This document shows, piece after piece, positions 1 through 13,628 of a stretch of 64,000 nucleotides of DNA. Positions within the stretch are counted from its first letter, which is position 1; each line of letters begins with the position of its first letter. The position numbers and the translations under genes were made by a program. Source of the stretch: Octopus vulgaris. Lineage: Eukaryota. The stretch is from contig OX597814.1 of NCBI GenBank assembly GCA_951406725.2, positions 180,668,001 to 180,732,000 of the forward strand, read 5' to 3'. The notes under the pieces were generated by a model. The model worked only from the letters and a program-made list of their open reading frames with translations, was not told the DNA's origin and made no database searches.

Positions 1-160
1 TGTCACATTCTATGAACTCTTATACAATGAACAACAAATGGTAGCATGATTGAACTGGTACTATTTAACAGCTAAAAGTGTCAAATTTTCTCCTGTTAAT
101 TTAATCTTAATATAATTAATTAAATCTAATTTTGTTTTTTGACTTTTTTCAGATCCAGCA

Positions 161-443
161 ATGTCATTCACAAAAGATGGGAAGTCATTCTGCGTCCTAA
201 AATACGCTAAAACTGAATCATGGACACGTGTTCAACGCAAGTTTCAAACGACATTTACCAAGCAGGCACTAGACAGACGTTCGATTTTGAATTGGCATGC
301 AAAATTTAAGAAAGCGGGGTGTTTGTGCTCGGCAAAGAGAACAGGACGCCTCTCAACTTTAGATGATACGGTTGAACACGTTCAACAGGCCTTCCAGCGC
401 ATCCCTCAGAAATCAGTCAGAATAGCCAGTCAAGAACTTCAGC
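161..443 (+). pseudogene. Tc1/mariner-superfamily transposase N-terminal HTH fragment (DUF4817-like), truncated by a microsatellite and a SINE
   Basis: MSFTKDGKSFCVLKYAKTESWTRVQRKF...SILNWHAKFKKAGCL...GR...VQQAFQRIPQKSVRIASQELQ matches the helix-turn-helix pattern of these transposases. The ORF then runs into (CA)n. Confidence 0.75.
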
Positions 444-496
444 CCCAGCACACACACACACAAACACGCACACACACACACACATATGGAGACGAA

Positions 497-545
<49 letters not shown>

Positions 546-565
546 GCACTCATACACATTCATTA

Positions 566-801
566 CCTATTTCTTTATTACCCACAAGGGGCTAAACATA
601 GAGGGGACAAACAAGGACAGACATAGGTATTAAGTCGATTACATCGACCCCAGTGCGTAACTGGTACTTAATTTATCGACCCCGAAAGGATGAAAAGCAA
701 AGTTGACCTCAACCTTTCATCCTTTCGGGGTCGATAAATTAAGTACCAGTTATGCACTGGGGTCGATGTAATCGACTTAATACCTATGTCTGTCCTTGTT
801 T
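566..801. mobile_element. SINE family A fragment (566-710, -) followed by an inverted partial copy (713-801, +)
   Basis: Contains the family motif cctttcatcctttcggggtcgataaattaagtaccagtt...ggggtcgatgtaatcgact in both orientations. Confidence 0.85.
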
Positions 802-885
802 CGACGCTTCAAGCACAGTGGCCTAAACATTCGCTTCTGCGAACTGTCAGACACTACACTTACATATATTGTCGATATGTATTTA

Positions 886-2143
886 TCAGATTGAGTAAAT
901 AAGCAACGTTTTGAACCATGAAGAATTTGTACCGGATTTTGCAGAGTTTTGAATTTTTTTAAACATTTCTTTGAAATTGTCTGATGATACAGACATAGAC
1001 TTGCTTAAATGCATCAATAAATTAACTTTGATATTCTTTTCACCGTTGTTACAATCATATGAAATGGAACTATCAAAGTGCTATATTCGAGCAATTTTGC
1101 TATTCAACTTCAAAAAAGAGGACGTAAAACAGCTGAAATTGCTCGCAATATCAACGAAACGTTTGGTGAGGAAACGGCCAGTGAATAGTCAACTCGAAAA
1201 TGGTTTAAGCGATTTCGCAGTGGAAACCTGAGCGTAGAGGATGCCCGTCTGTCATCGATGACGGTCAATTAAAGACCGTTATTGAGAAAGATTCACGTAA
1301 AACCGCTCGAGAACTGGCAAAAGAACTTCAAGTTGGCCAGACAACTGCCTGCTACCTTTTGCATGCGATCGGAAAATCAAAAAAGCACGATAATCGGTAC
1401 TACACGATTTCAATGAAAATCACAAAATGCGCAGATATGAAATTTGTTCGGCGCCTCTTCTCCGTAACCAGACCGATCTATTTCCCGACCGTATTGTAAC
1501 TTGCGAGGAAAAGTGAATTCTATACAATAATAATAAAAAAAAAACATTCTTCGCGATGGTTGGACCAAAATGAAGCACCGGAAACCTTCCCTAAACCCGA
1601 CCGCTTCAAAAAGAAGATTATGGTTTTCTAGTGGTGTACCGCTGGACTCATGCACTATAACTTCTTAAAACCCGGAAAAACCATTACTGCAGAAACATGA
1701 AATTGTCAAAATGAACGAAAAACTACTACTCCTCTGTCCCAGACTGGTCAACAGAAGAGGGCCAATCATTCTTTTTGACAAGGCTCGATCACGCGTTTCA
1801 TTAATGACGCTTCAGAAATTGAGGGAAGTTAACTACGAAGTTTTTCCCCACCCAACTTATTCCCTAGACCTTTCTCCAGCCGGCTACCATTTTTTCAAGA
1901 ACCTTGATAGTTTCCTGCGAGAGTAGTTCAAAAATCAAACCGATGCTGAAAGTAAGTTCAAAGAGTTCATCAGCTCCAGAACTCCAGAATTTATGTTACC
2001 GGAATAAACAAACTTCTAACTCGTTAGCAAAAATGTGTTGATTGTAATGGTACTTACTTTAATGAATAAAATTTTTACATAGTTGAAATTCATTGTGATG
2101 AATTTCTTGTTTCAAATTGTTGCTTACTTTTTACTCCGCCTGA
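886..2143 (+). mobile_element. Near full-length decayed mariner transposon
   Basis: TA-flanked imperfect TIRs (tcagattgagtaaataagcaac / gttgcttactttttactccgcctga). Frameshifted transposase from about 1063 (MELSKCYIRAILLFNFKK; FDKARSR at the HDNARPH position; HPTYSLDLSPAGYHFFKNLD for YSPDLAP). Confidence 0.9.
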
Positions 2144-2282
2144 TATTTGCGCATTCTACAAACTAATTTTTGTATTGTCTTATATATTTTCACACTTCTA
2201 TTAAAGATTTCAAACTGAAGTTTTCTTAGTTGTGCCTTGTATAGCTTTATTGTTCTCTTAAACTTTTATTTCAGTGGTGGGA

Positions 2283-3950
2283 AGAAAGTGCTGGAGAATA
2301 AAGCGACGAAAAATTGTTTCACTTTGCTGTTAGAAGTAAATACTGCTGAAGACTTGAAACTCAAACTATTGTTTGTTTATAACTGTGGTCCAGATTTTCA
2401 AATTTGCTAATAAGGCAATTACTTATGTATTAATATGTATATAATAGTAAATATATATTTGTATTTATATACTTATGTTGTATGTATGTACGAAACAGGT
2501 AGATATATATTTACGTACGTTAGTTGTTTAGTTGATAGGTAGGTAAGTTGGTAGGTAGGTTGGTAGGTAGGTAGGTGGGTAGGTAGGTAGGTAAGTAGGT
2601 AGGTAGGTAGGTAGGTAGGTAGGTAGGTATGTAGGCAGGTAGGTAGGTAGGTAGGTAGGTGGATACTTTGATAGGTTAGCTGGTTGGCTGGTTGGTTGTT
2701 TGGTTTGTTGGAAGGACGAATGTATCAAAAAACGCATATTTTATATTCTATAGATGCTTTGAAAATTTCAAGAAACTATCTAACCGCCATAGCTACCATT
2801 GATTCTTTTGTATTCAGATCATAGCAGATTCTCAATGTTCATATGCATGTTACATCAGAACTTCTAATACAATTAAAGGGAATGTCGTAAATATCTTTTT
2901 AATCGAGTTTTTACTGTTGAGGAATGTAAGTCATTTTGGAAATTTCCTTATCTTAAGCTTTTATTACATTGAAAAGAAGAATGTGCTGGAGAATAAAGCG
3001 ACGAAAAATCGTCTCACTTTGCTCTTAAAAGTAAATGCTACTGAAGTCTTGAAAGTCAAACTATTGTTTGTTTATAATTGTGGTATTCTAAGAAAGATAC
3101 TTCCAAGTCTAGTTTTCCTGCTTTAAGGAAAGGTAACGGGATAAAAACCAGGGTTACGCAAGATTTGTTTTCTGAAGGGTACGTTGAACATTTTTACCGT
3201 GTTGTGAAACGCTATTGCTGGAAGAATAATTTGGAGACCAACCAAAGCACTTCAGCTTTTGAACAATGCTCCAGATCTAAATCATCCTTCAGTTCTCGAT
3301 TCACCTGTTGAAGTCCTTTTTATTCCAACCAATACAACCTAACTATAACAGACCTGTGTGTCTATCTTCAAAGCATATAATCCTAGAACTCTAAGTTAAT
3401 TGATTACAGCTACTGATAATAAGCATCAGTCCGTTGAAGAATTCCCAGGAAAATTGTATTATGCACGCAATAAAACCATTCAAAAGATGCTTAGGATATA
3501 TGTATTGATATATGTATGTTAAACATACATATATCAATAGCTTTGGGGAAAATAATCGTTCAAATTTAGTTAATGTAGACCATAGAATAGTGGAAATCGT
3601 CTTAATCAGCAATAGCTCTGTGCAAACGGCATAGGAAGATGTATTTGTAGAAATTTTATACAGGTGATAATCATGATTTATTGCATGCTGATATCCAGCC
3701 TCTCGCCTATGAAACCTGTTGGAAGTCGGCAGAACTGCAAATGTCTTATTCGGAAGAGAAAAAGAGACTGCTCCGCAATCAGTTTTAAAAATAAAAGTCT
3801 TATCAGAACAAGCTAATGAAATTCTCGTGCTTTGCAGCTATTTTCAGAATACTATCCAAATTCTGAACGAAGCGTAAAAGTTAAATTATCTGTAACTGTA
3901 GCACTGAATTGTTATGAGAAAGAATATATGTAAGCGTTTAAGGTTCGTAA
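2283..3950 (+). mobile_element. Decayed pogo/Tigger-like transposase relic with a duplicated ~105 bp segment (2283-2390 vs 2980-3085)
   Basis: KATKNRLTLLLKVNATEVLKVKLLFVY resembles Tigger KASKDRLTLLLGGNASGDFKLKPLLVY. VLFIPTNTT resembles VFLPPNTT. Boundaries approximate. Confidence 0.65.
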
Positions 3951-4849
3951 AAGAAAGGTAATGGTAATGATGCCATATTCTATAAAAGAAATAGAGGTAT
4001 GTATAAAAAGTGAAGATTAAAAAGCCTAAATGATCATTTATTTTTATTGCCTTGTATTTTTTACTTACTTCATGTTCCCAAAGAATGTGTGTATATGTAT
4101 TTGATTGGACTATATATAATTTTCTTCAAAGGAATTTCTACATAAAGTGCGTGTATTTTTTATTGAATTATATATGATTTCCTTCAAAGGATATTTTATA
4201 TATGTAGAAGTATTTTGCCAATTGTATTTTAAATAAGTGTATATTTCTTTCAATAATTTATACACATACACACACACACACACATGTGGCAGGAGTGCAA
4301 CGTACTGTGATGTGGTTTCGTCATTTGCCCGTGTAATATAAATTGTATTTTTTTTCTATGCATCATTCAGAGAATACCATAAGTGCATGCCTTCACGATA
4401 TAAGTTTGCGTTTGTGCCGAGTCTATCTATCTATCTACTATCTATGTATATGAGTAAATTAAATAACATTATCGAAAAGAAATATGTCTACAGTTGTAAA
4501 AAAAATGTTATGGTTGTGTACAGCTGTGGAGTATCCAGTAATGCATAGATATGCGGGAGAAAAAAGTTAATTTCGGAAATCTAAAGTTCACACACGTGTA
4601 TACACTTGACAGTTAAATACCAGAGAAAAAGTGAGGTAATCCATATTTTTTCTTCTTTTTCTTTGTGGTGAGTTCAACCAAAGTGACAGAAACTATTGAA
4701 GAAAATACCGAAGGTTTGTGGTATGTATGTATGTATGTATGTATGTATGTATGTATGTATGTATGTATGTATGTATGTATGTATGTGTAGGTAGGTAGGT
4801 AGGTAGGTAGGTAGGTAGGTAGGTAAGTAGGTAGGTAGGTAGGTATGGT

Positions 4850-5215
4850 AGTCTATCTATCGTTCAGTCGAGGTCGACTCTCGATTACTCGATGGATCAG
4901 TGTTCTCCAGCCAGTTTTATCCTGGGTCGCTTCTTTCATACTGGCTATGGCCATTTCCGTGTCACTCTTGATAGTGTCAAGCCAACGGGTTCTTGGTCGG
5001 CCTCTTCTTCTCTTGCCACTGACCATTCCGAGCATGATGTCCTTCTCCAGGGATTTTCTCCGCATAATATGACCGAAATATGCTAATCTATGCTTGGTGA
5101 TCCTAGCTTCTAGCGACAGTTTCGGCTTGATCTGGTTAAGAACTTCTCCATTGGTGAGCCTCGCTGTCCATGGAATCCGAAAAAGTCTTCTCCAACACCA
5201 AAGCTCAAATGCATA
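4850..5215 (-). mobile_element. RTE-clade LINE 3' fragment (ORF2 C-terminus)
   Basis: SLEKDIMLGMVSGKRRRGRPRTRWLDTIK is the typical RTE/BovB-like ORF2 tail. It ends next to a tetranucleotide repeat. Confidence 0.9.
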
Positions 5216-5465
5216 CAGGTATGGTAGTACAACCTGTTATATGGTCGAGCTGTCAGCAGCTAAATCGACAGCCCTATCAAGCCGGAAGGACGAAAAGCGG
5301 CCTGTCAAATAGCTTTCCTCTCATTGCGAAGCCGGAGATCTTGCTCTTGTTGTGTATGGACTACTTGGTTTTGTATATGGAACCTAAGCAATGTTGTGGA
5401 AGCTGTCAGTGACATTAAATTTCAGAGCAAGCATTGCAAATACAAATTGTCCTTAACGTCCAGGA

Positions 5466-5754
5466 CAGTGTTTCCTAACCTTTTTTCCCCACACCTCAAT
5501 ATAAAAATGTGTTCCTCACTTGTGGTTGGGAAAAAAACATTATTTTTAATACTTTATTAGAATTATTTAATACAAAAGAATCTACAGATAACTCTTTTAT
5601 TAAATACTGACTACAAAAACCCACATTATTATCTAAGGTAAAAAAATGAGTCACTTTATTGAGAACCTTGTACCTAGCGACTACGGTACCACGCTCGTCC
5701 ACAATTTTTCCAGGTACCGCTGGTGGGACGTATGCCCTACATTGGGAATCACTG
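5466..5754. mobile_element. hAT (Charlie-type) MITE
   Basis: TIRs cagtgtttcctaa / ttgggaatcactg. The 8-bp flanks gtccagga / atctagga match at 6 of 8 positions and resemble the NTCTAGAN target. Confidence 0.7.
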
Positions 5755-6559
5755 ATCTAGGAAAATTTGTGAGTGATGGTCATACTCACGTGCGAGTTGC
5801 ATCCACCCTGAATGTACGTGGAAAAGTGATGTAGGTGTGTGTATGTGAGTTTTAGAAGTGTTACGCTGAGTCTTTGAGCGTGAGTCGAGGTCAACCGACA
5901 AGAGAGAAAACACTCAAGAAATAAATTTGCGATTTTTAGAACAGATAATAATGAAAAATTGCGTATGAAATTAAGGTGCGTGTAATGCGCGTATGCGATG
6001 CAAAATATGTGTGTATGGAGTGCGTAAATGTATGCTACATCTTTATGTGTAGAGTGTTGTGCATGGATATATGTGTGTATGTGCGTATATTATGAGGCCT
6101 GTTAGGCTAGGAATATATGTGTGGTTACATTTCTTTTGTTATACGCGTATCAATGTTGGGAAAAGGACTTAGCTCTGCTGTGGAAGTGTAGGTTAAGTAA
6201 ATTAAGGATGGAAATTTAAGCCGTGTGGGTGAAAGTTTGCAAAAGAAGGATAGTCTATAGTCTATTGTTTTCTCTTGAAACAAGGAATGGAAGGAACGTT
6301 GTTCAGGGTCAAGACAAAAGCCGAGAGAAAGTAATGGTTGGGGTGGTCGGCAGAGGGAGTAAAAAAAAATTTCGAAGGTGTGTTGTGCATGATGTATATA
6401 TTTGTATGTAGGTATGTATGTGTGTATGTGAGTTCAAATCTAAAAACAAGCAAGGGAGATAATTTCCTATATAAGTAGATTCAAAGTTTTGGAAAATTAA
6501 GACAATGCAATTATTAGACTTCGTCAAATACAAGTGTGTATATCTACCTATAAGCAATA

Positions 6560-6611
<52 letters not shown>

Positions 6612-6614
<3 letters not shown>

Positions 6615-6810
6615 GGAGAGCTCACGAAAAAAAAAACAGAAGACGAAGACAGGTTGTGTAAAAAACAAACAGATGCTTTAGTATAACGCTCAGGAATAGA
6701 AAATGTCTTTTACGTTTCGAGCCTACGCTCTTCTACAGAAAGGGACACAGTAAAAAACAAGGAGAGAAACAAGGAGAGAAAAAGAGTGTGTGTAGTGGCT
6801 ACCGATCTAT
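6612..6810 (-). mobile_element. Short (TA)n-embedded repeat with a hammerhead-like motif (putative Penelope-like pLTR fragment), copy 1
   Basis: Flanked by (TA)n on both sides and homologous to 36917-37097. The motif lies at 6707-6742 (-). Confidence 0.65.
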
Positions 6811-7126
6811 CATATATATATATATACTGAATCATATTTATATTATTATATATAAAATAGATTTTATGTAATGATATGAGAAAGAAAACTCAGCAACTTA
6901 AAACTCCTGCCACACCACAGTGACAAATGTTATATTTTACAAGTGAAGTCTGTTTTTCCATTTTCTTGTAAAAATTGTATATATATATGTATATATAGAT
7001 ACATAAGAATATACATGCATATGCATACAGACATATATATACATACATATATGTATACACTCACGCAGGGACACACATACACAAACACACACACACACAC
7101 ACAAACACACACATTTAATGGATAGA

Positions 7127-7158
<32 letters not shown>

Positions 7159-7732
7159 TGTGCTGATAATCTGCGAGAATATTCATCCGTCTGCAGCTCA
7201 CAACATTCCAGACAGACAAATACTTACCTTTGTGTGTGTTATTTTAAATATATATATACCTGCATGTACAACATTCACGCATGTGTGTATGTCAATGTGT
7301 ATGCATTTGTATACGTGTGCATGTGTGTGTGTGTGCGCGTGTGAGTGTTGTGGGTGTGTGTGTATCTGTGCTTGTGTGCTTGTGTGCTTGTGTGCTTGTG
7401 TACGTGTGTAGCGCGTGTCTATATATTTCGTAACGTGAGAAGGAAGTCCTTCTTAATCAGATTGCATTGATGAAAATCTTTCAGACACAATGTGGATTCT
7501 GTTGTAAGAAAGAATAGCATTGAATAGCTGCAGGGGATCCATCACTATATTAAGTAAGATAAAAGAGGATTGCATCATTACACCAATTCTTTCTGATGCA
7601 GCTGCCAAATAAATGGGTTTCTTAAAAGAATTCTTTTCTTTTTTTCTTTATTAAATACGAAATGGATTTAATTATATATCTTTTGGGGGCACATACGTGT
7701 ATGTATATATGTATATATGAATGTATGTATGT

Positions 7733-7775
<43 letters not shown>

Positions 7776-7994
7776 ATGTATGTATATATATATATGAATG
7801 TACATGCATAAATATTTATATGTGCATACAAAGATATATCCTTATATATATATACATATTTGCATGTGTATATATATATAAGTATATGTATATATATATA
7901 TATATATATTGTTGTATTTGGGGATGGTCATGTTGCATATATATGTGTGTGTGTGTGTGTGTGTGTTATGTAAGTATAAATGTACATGTATGCA

Positions 7995-8041
<47 letters not shown>

Positions 8042-8628
8042 GAAGACATATACATATATAAATGTATGTATATATACATACATATATATATATATATATA
8101 TATGCATGCAAGCATGTATGTATGAATGTATGTATGTATGTATGTATGTATGTATGTATGTATGTATGTATGTATGTATGTATGTATGTATGTATGTATG
8201 TACCTCCGTACGTCCGTATGTATGCATGTATGTATGTGTGCTTATCAAGACAGGTGGCCACCTGCATTAATAGAAGACATACTTAAATGTAGACGTTCTT
8301 TTACGCAAATGCATACAAATATACATTTCTTCGATTTACTTTATCTGTTTTTATTTTATTCTTATTTATTCTTATCTACTCTTCTAATGTCTGTATACCT
8401 CTTCACTGTTTACCGTTTGTTGAATCTTTCTCTCTCTCCGATCTCTCTCTATCTCTCTCTCTGTTTTTCTTTATTTTCTCTCTTTCTCTCTTTTTATCCA
8501 GCTGTCCCTTTGTGTATTTATTTATCTACATCGGAGTGCCTATATTCTTAGTAGCCTTGCAACCTTGCAATCATATGTCATTGAACTATATCAACAAACA
8601 CGTCACTTTCTGTCTTTCACACGAGTAT

Positions 8629-8703
<75 letters not shown>

Positions 8704-8754
8704 TACACATAGGTAGATAGAGAGAGAAAGTGAAAAAAAGAAAAATTAAAGAAA

Positions 8755-8812
<58 letters not shown>

Positions 8813-9598
8813 CAGGAAGGAAAGAAGGAAGGAAGGAAGGATCGGAGTGAGTGAGAGAGAAAGAGAAACAAGCATACATATTCACTCATTATCGACGCTT
8901 CAAGCATAGAGGCCTAAGCATTTGTTACTCTGAAGTGCCAAACCCTACAACCACCCACACTTATACCTATACGTGATAAATACATTGATATACCAAACAT
9001 CCTTAATCGCTTTCTTCAAAATCAAACCTTCATCACAGCATCTCTATTTCTACAACTACTAGATTAACCAATTGCGGCTTCATCAGACAAAAATCCCACA
9101 GAACACGCTCCTATCGTTTAATATACTATACCCGAACCTTTAGTTTCGTCAACTGGCCAGGGATCTAAAAGCTTTATACCAACTGCCCACACATCTAAAA
9201 CCATACCTTGCAAATATCCAAATTATTTAACCATACCTGTACTGCAGTAGTCCATAGAAAGAAAAACTACATACATGTCGTAGAGGAAGTCACTCACGAC
9301 AACCAATTGGAAGATCTTTTTGTGCACAATGTCAACCACAAAACCTTCAAGATTACCATCAGAAAAGGTTAGCTCACAAAATCCCCGGCTAACAAAACTG
9401 TATCAGAGTCAGAAGATCTGCAAGGCACTAGCAAGCCTCAAGAGACACATATGTGTCCAGAAGTAAAATATATCTATAGTGCTTAAAACCACAATAATAT
9501 CTGTGTGATACGAATCCCCCCTCCCAGCAGCAACTAACGAGGACGCGCTGGACTTGTTCAAGCTTATGATTGGCGTGAACTCACCCTCAGTCACAGTC

Positions 9599-9666
<68 letters not shown>

Positions 9667-10246
9667 GTATATATATATCCGAGTTTGTATGACTTTATAT
9701 AGAATATAGTTGGAATTTCATCGTACAACCTGTTGTTTACTACATATATATATATATATATGTATATATTAGAAGTAAGGTACTCAGAAATTTGGATGGT
9801 TTTATATTTACAGATTTTTATTAATATATTTTTATAAATCATATAATAGCGCTGGCATCCACTCTAGTGGATTCTTCAGATTTAATTTTTGAGGAGATTC
9901 GTCTCTTTTTATAGTATTATTGAGTGTGTGGGGGTGAAGAGAGATATAGGATAGTAAAAGAGGGTGAAGAATGGGGAGAAAGTGAGAGAGAGTGCGTGCG
10001 TGTGCCTTTGTATCTGAAAGGAGTGTCAATGGAAAAGAGAAGGAAAGGAAGAAGAAAGAGAGAAAGAAGAAGCATGTGTTTACTATTACACAGCTGGTCA
10101 GTTCTTTCAATAGAAAGTGATTCTTGGCCTTTAGAAATGGCAAAACCAGGTGGCTACTCCAAGGGGTGTTTCTTGTTTTAATAAAATTTATTTTTCAAAA
10201 AATTATTTGGATTTCTTTTCCTCATTGTCCAGCGAGAGAGAGTGAG

Positions 10247-10320
<74 letters not shown>

Positions 10321-10321
<1 letters not shown>

Positions 10322-12048
10322 AGCTGATCTTCAGGTCGCGATCCGTTGAAAATTTCCAGAAAATCCCTAGTATTGTTGTGGAGAAGTATTGCTGGTTCAA
10401 GATGAATTCTAATGACACCAAAGTGTCGTCGACTGGACCTGACCAAAATGAACGCAGGGCAACGAAACTCTACTGAACACACACGTCCAGTGCATGTAAA
10501 CATAAAGCTTGTAGACCATCCAAACCAGGTATTATTAACTTGGGCAGCTATGTCAAATAGGAGTTGTCACGTAAAACGGATCCGACTATCAGCTAAATTC
10601 ATTGGGAAGATAGTTGCCTTCTTTTGGTTGGGAAGAGCGGATAGTTGTTGTTGGTGTTGTGGTAATGATGGTGATGGTGGTGCTGGCGGCGGTGGTTTCT
10701 GTTGTGTAAACTGCATTTTAGCCCTGAAGCGGCAGACCTTTTGTCAAAATCATTACTGTCAGGACACTTCCATATTGTTTTTTGTTTTTTTTTCGCTCAT
10801 AATGTAAGAGGGGCAGCAGTAGCCAACGTTTCAATCTTCGGTGGCAGCCACTTCACTTATACTACTAATGCCCTTCAGAAAGTTATGAATGGGCATTTCA
10901 ATTAATCAGTCGCAGCCCGCTTAAACATTGAGCCTTTGTGCAAAATCGAAAGAAGATAAATATCTGTTGTCATTTGTAATCTACTAATTACAAACAGCAA
11001 TCAACTAATTACAATTGCAGTATCAGACACTACTGTAGAGTGATTTTCTATGCTTTATTGCCATAATAGAAATCCTTTACTCAATAACTGTCATTATATG
11101 ACAGTAATAACAATTTGTGTATTTTCTGTTTTAGTGTCATTCGTTAATTGATGACCACTGAGCGGCGCTTAAATTTTCCTTTTGATCAAACAAGCCTTTC
11201 TAGAGATGGTCTGAACTGGCAGACAGCATAATACTGATGGAAATACAACACTAACGTGTATTTTTATGTTATGGTATTATGTTATATTATGTTATTCAAA
11301 AGAAGTTTGAATTTTTCCCATAGAAAAAAATGTTAAAATGTTTTTCTTGTTTCTTTTAAAATTTCAATAACGTAAAATTTCGTTTCATTGTAATCTTATA
11401 GTCGCTTATTTTGTACAAATCATCTCTAAGTTGAATTTAAATAATGTAACGTAGGTCTTTGATAAGCGACCTAATCGGAAAGGTTACCAGCTGTGTACAA
11501 ACGATAAATATATTAATGAATAGATACGTAAATAAATGAATAAATAAATAAAATTTATGAATAATAAATAGATAATAAATATATAAATAATAAATAGTTA
11601 ATAAACATATGAATAATAAATAGATAATAATAGTGTGATTAATCAAGTAAATAAATAAACGATGTTATGCATGTGACTTTTATCTTGGAAAAGCCTTCGC
11701 AGATGATATACGGGTGTGCTATAATTGATATACAGTGTATAACGTGGCCGATCATAAGGTTGTTACAGTGGCAACGCTCAGATCCGTTTTACGTGACAAC
11801 CCCTATTTGACATAGCTGCACAAGTTAACAATACCTGGTTTGGATGGTCTACAAGCTTTATGTTTACATACACTGGACGTGTGTGTTTAGAAGGGTTTCG
11901 TTGCCCTTCTTTCATATTGGTCAGGTCCAGTCGACGACACTTTGGTGTCGTTAGAATTTTATCTCGAACAGGTAATACTTCTCGACAACAATACTAGGTT
12001 AGGGATTTTCTGGAAATTTTCAACGGATCGGGACCCGATGATCAACTA
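10321..12048. mobile_element. Unclassified element with ~262 bp terminal inverted repeats
   Basis: 10321-10582 is the reverse complement of 11781-12048, with scattered mismatches. Confidence 0.7.
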
Positions 12049-13628
12049 GTTGATATTCTTCGATGCCCAGAGTAATTCTGAATATCGTTGAATTAAGTGA
12101 AAAATAAAACTTATAGCAGCTAGTTTGGTACTCATTCTCTGTATATGCTTAGCCTCTCTGTAGAAGGAATGTATTTAAGGTTGAAGGAGCATATGCAATG
12201 TGAATTTCACTCTTTCACTTTAACTCCATCTGTTGCAAGGATGGTGGATATAGTTTTTTTTGTTCTTCTGTAGTAGGTGCGGAGTTTTATGAGTTCCAAC
12301 TATAACACCACTTCTTCTTGTACTTCCTCTTGCTTTGTTAATATTTCTTTTTAGGTTGCATTTTGATGTTTCGGTTTGTATACTTAACGTTATACTTCGA
12401 TGTGTCTTTGAACTATTTGAGAATGTTTAACACTAAATGTAACCTACTGGAGACATGATCAGGAATGTAATGAGGTGACATGATATTTAACATATCTGGG
12501 ATTTTATAAAATGTTTTCGCTCGATCAACTGATGAGAGTTGGTCAGTTAACAGTAAATTCCTTCTCTCTCATTTTGGCACAAGGGCAGCAAGTCAATTGG
12601 TACTTATTTTATCGACCCCGAAATGATGAAAGGCAAAGCCGATCTCAGCAAAATAGGCGAAATGCTGCTTAACATTTTACTCGGCGTGCTAACGATTCTG
12701 CAGCTCGCCACCTTTGTCTAATAATATATATTGAAATTCGAATCTTTACTCAGAGATTTCTTTGGTGATGTTTCCCTTTGAACCTACGAGTACACTTTAG
12801 CGGGCGCAATTCCATTTCAATATACTCTTGGAAGAAATAAAAGCGGTGAGCCACATGGTATTGTGTTTACGGCTAAAAATAACGATGTTTCTGCCAATCA
12901 GTAAGCCGTAAACCAAAACCATGTGGCCCTATGCTTAGTGTTTTCCAGGGCTGTAGTCGTACGAAATCACGCGCCTGCTAAAGCGTATTCACATGTTCAA
13001 GCCTCAGAATTTGTTGTCATTTTTAATAATTGCATAAAGGTTGCTACTGACTTGAAAAACGTTTTATTGTATTTTTGTTTAATTAACTTTTTAAAAATAA
13101 CTGATATAAATATCGATTTCAAATTTTGGCACAAAACCAGCGGGTTAGGGGAAGGGAATAAGTCGATTGCATCAAATGGTACTTATTTTATTGATCCCGA
13201 AATTATGAAAGGTAAAGTCGAAGTCGGCGAAATTTGATCACAAAACGTAAAGACACACGAAATGCCGCTAAGCATTTTGCTTGGCGTATTAACGATTCTA
13301 TCAGCTCACTGCCTCAATATGATATAAATATTGATGGCCAGGATTATCAGCACAACAAAGTTTTGAAAGGCTCAGAACAAGCATATTTCCCTGAAGTTAA
13401 TTATAACTAGTAGGTCTCTGGCTGAAGAAAATAGCAACATTATAATCGCTTGGAGTACAGATTCTTACATTGACAAGCAGCAAGTTTCGCCCTAAAAAAA
13501 AAACAGTGAAATTTTTGCTTCACTCCTCCTCTTTATTAATGACAAGTCAAAGATCTGCATCCAAATGATTTTCTTGTGTTTCAGGCTATGGAAGAAGTTT
13601 AAAAAGAACTAATATTTGTGGAGTTTAA

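Noticed and set aside
7622-8286. Many ORFs rich in YI/CV/HT/LSIY repeats, here and throughout the window
   Set aside because: These are translations of (TA)n, (CA)n, (TATG)n and (GATA)n microsatellites, not genes.
8893-9595. Possible decayed LINE ORF1 region, sharing ~55 bp with 801-858
   Set aside because: No motif strong enough for a family call.
10702-10740. CKLHFSPE, resembling a THAP C..HF motif
   Set aside because: No upstream C-x-C/P/W elements; a chance match is likely.
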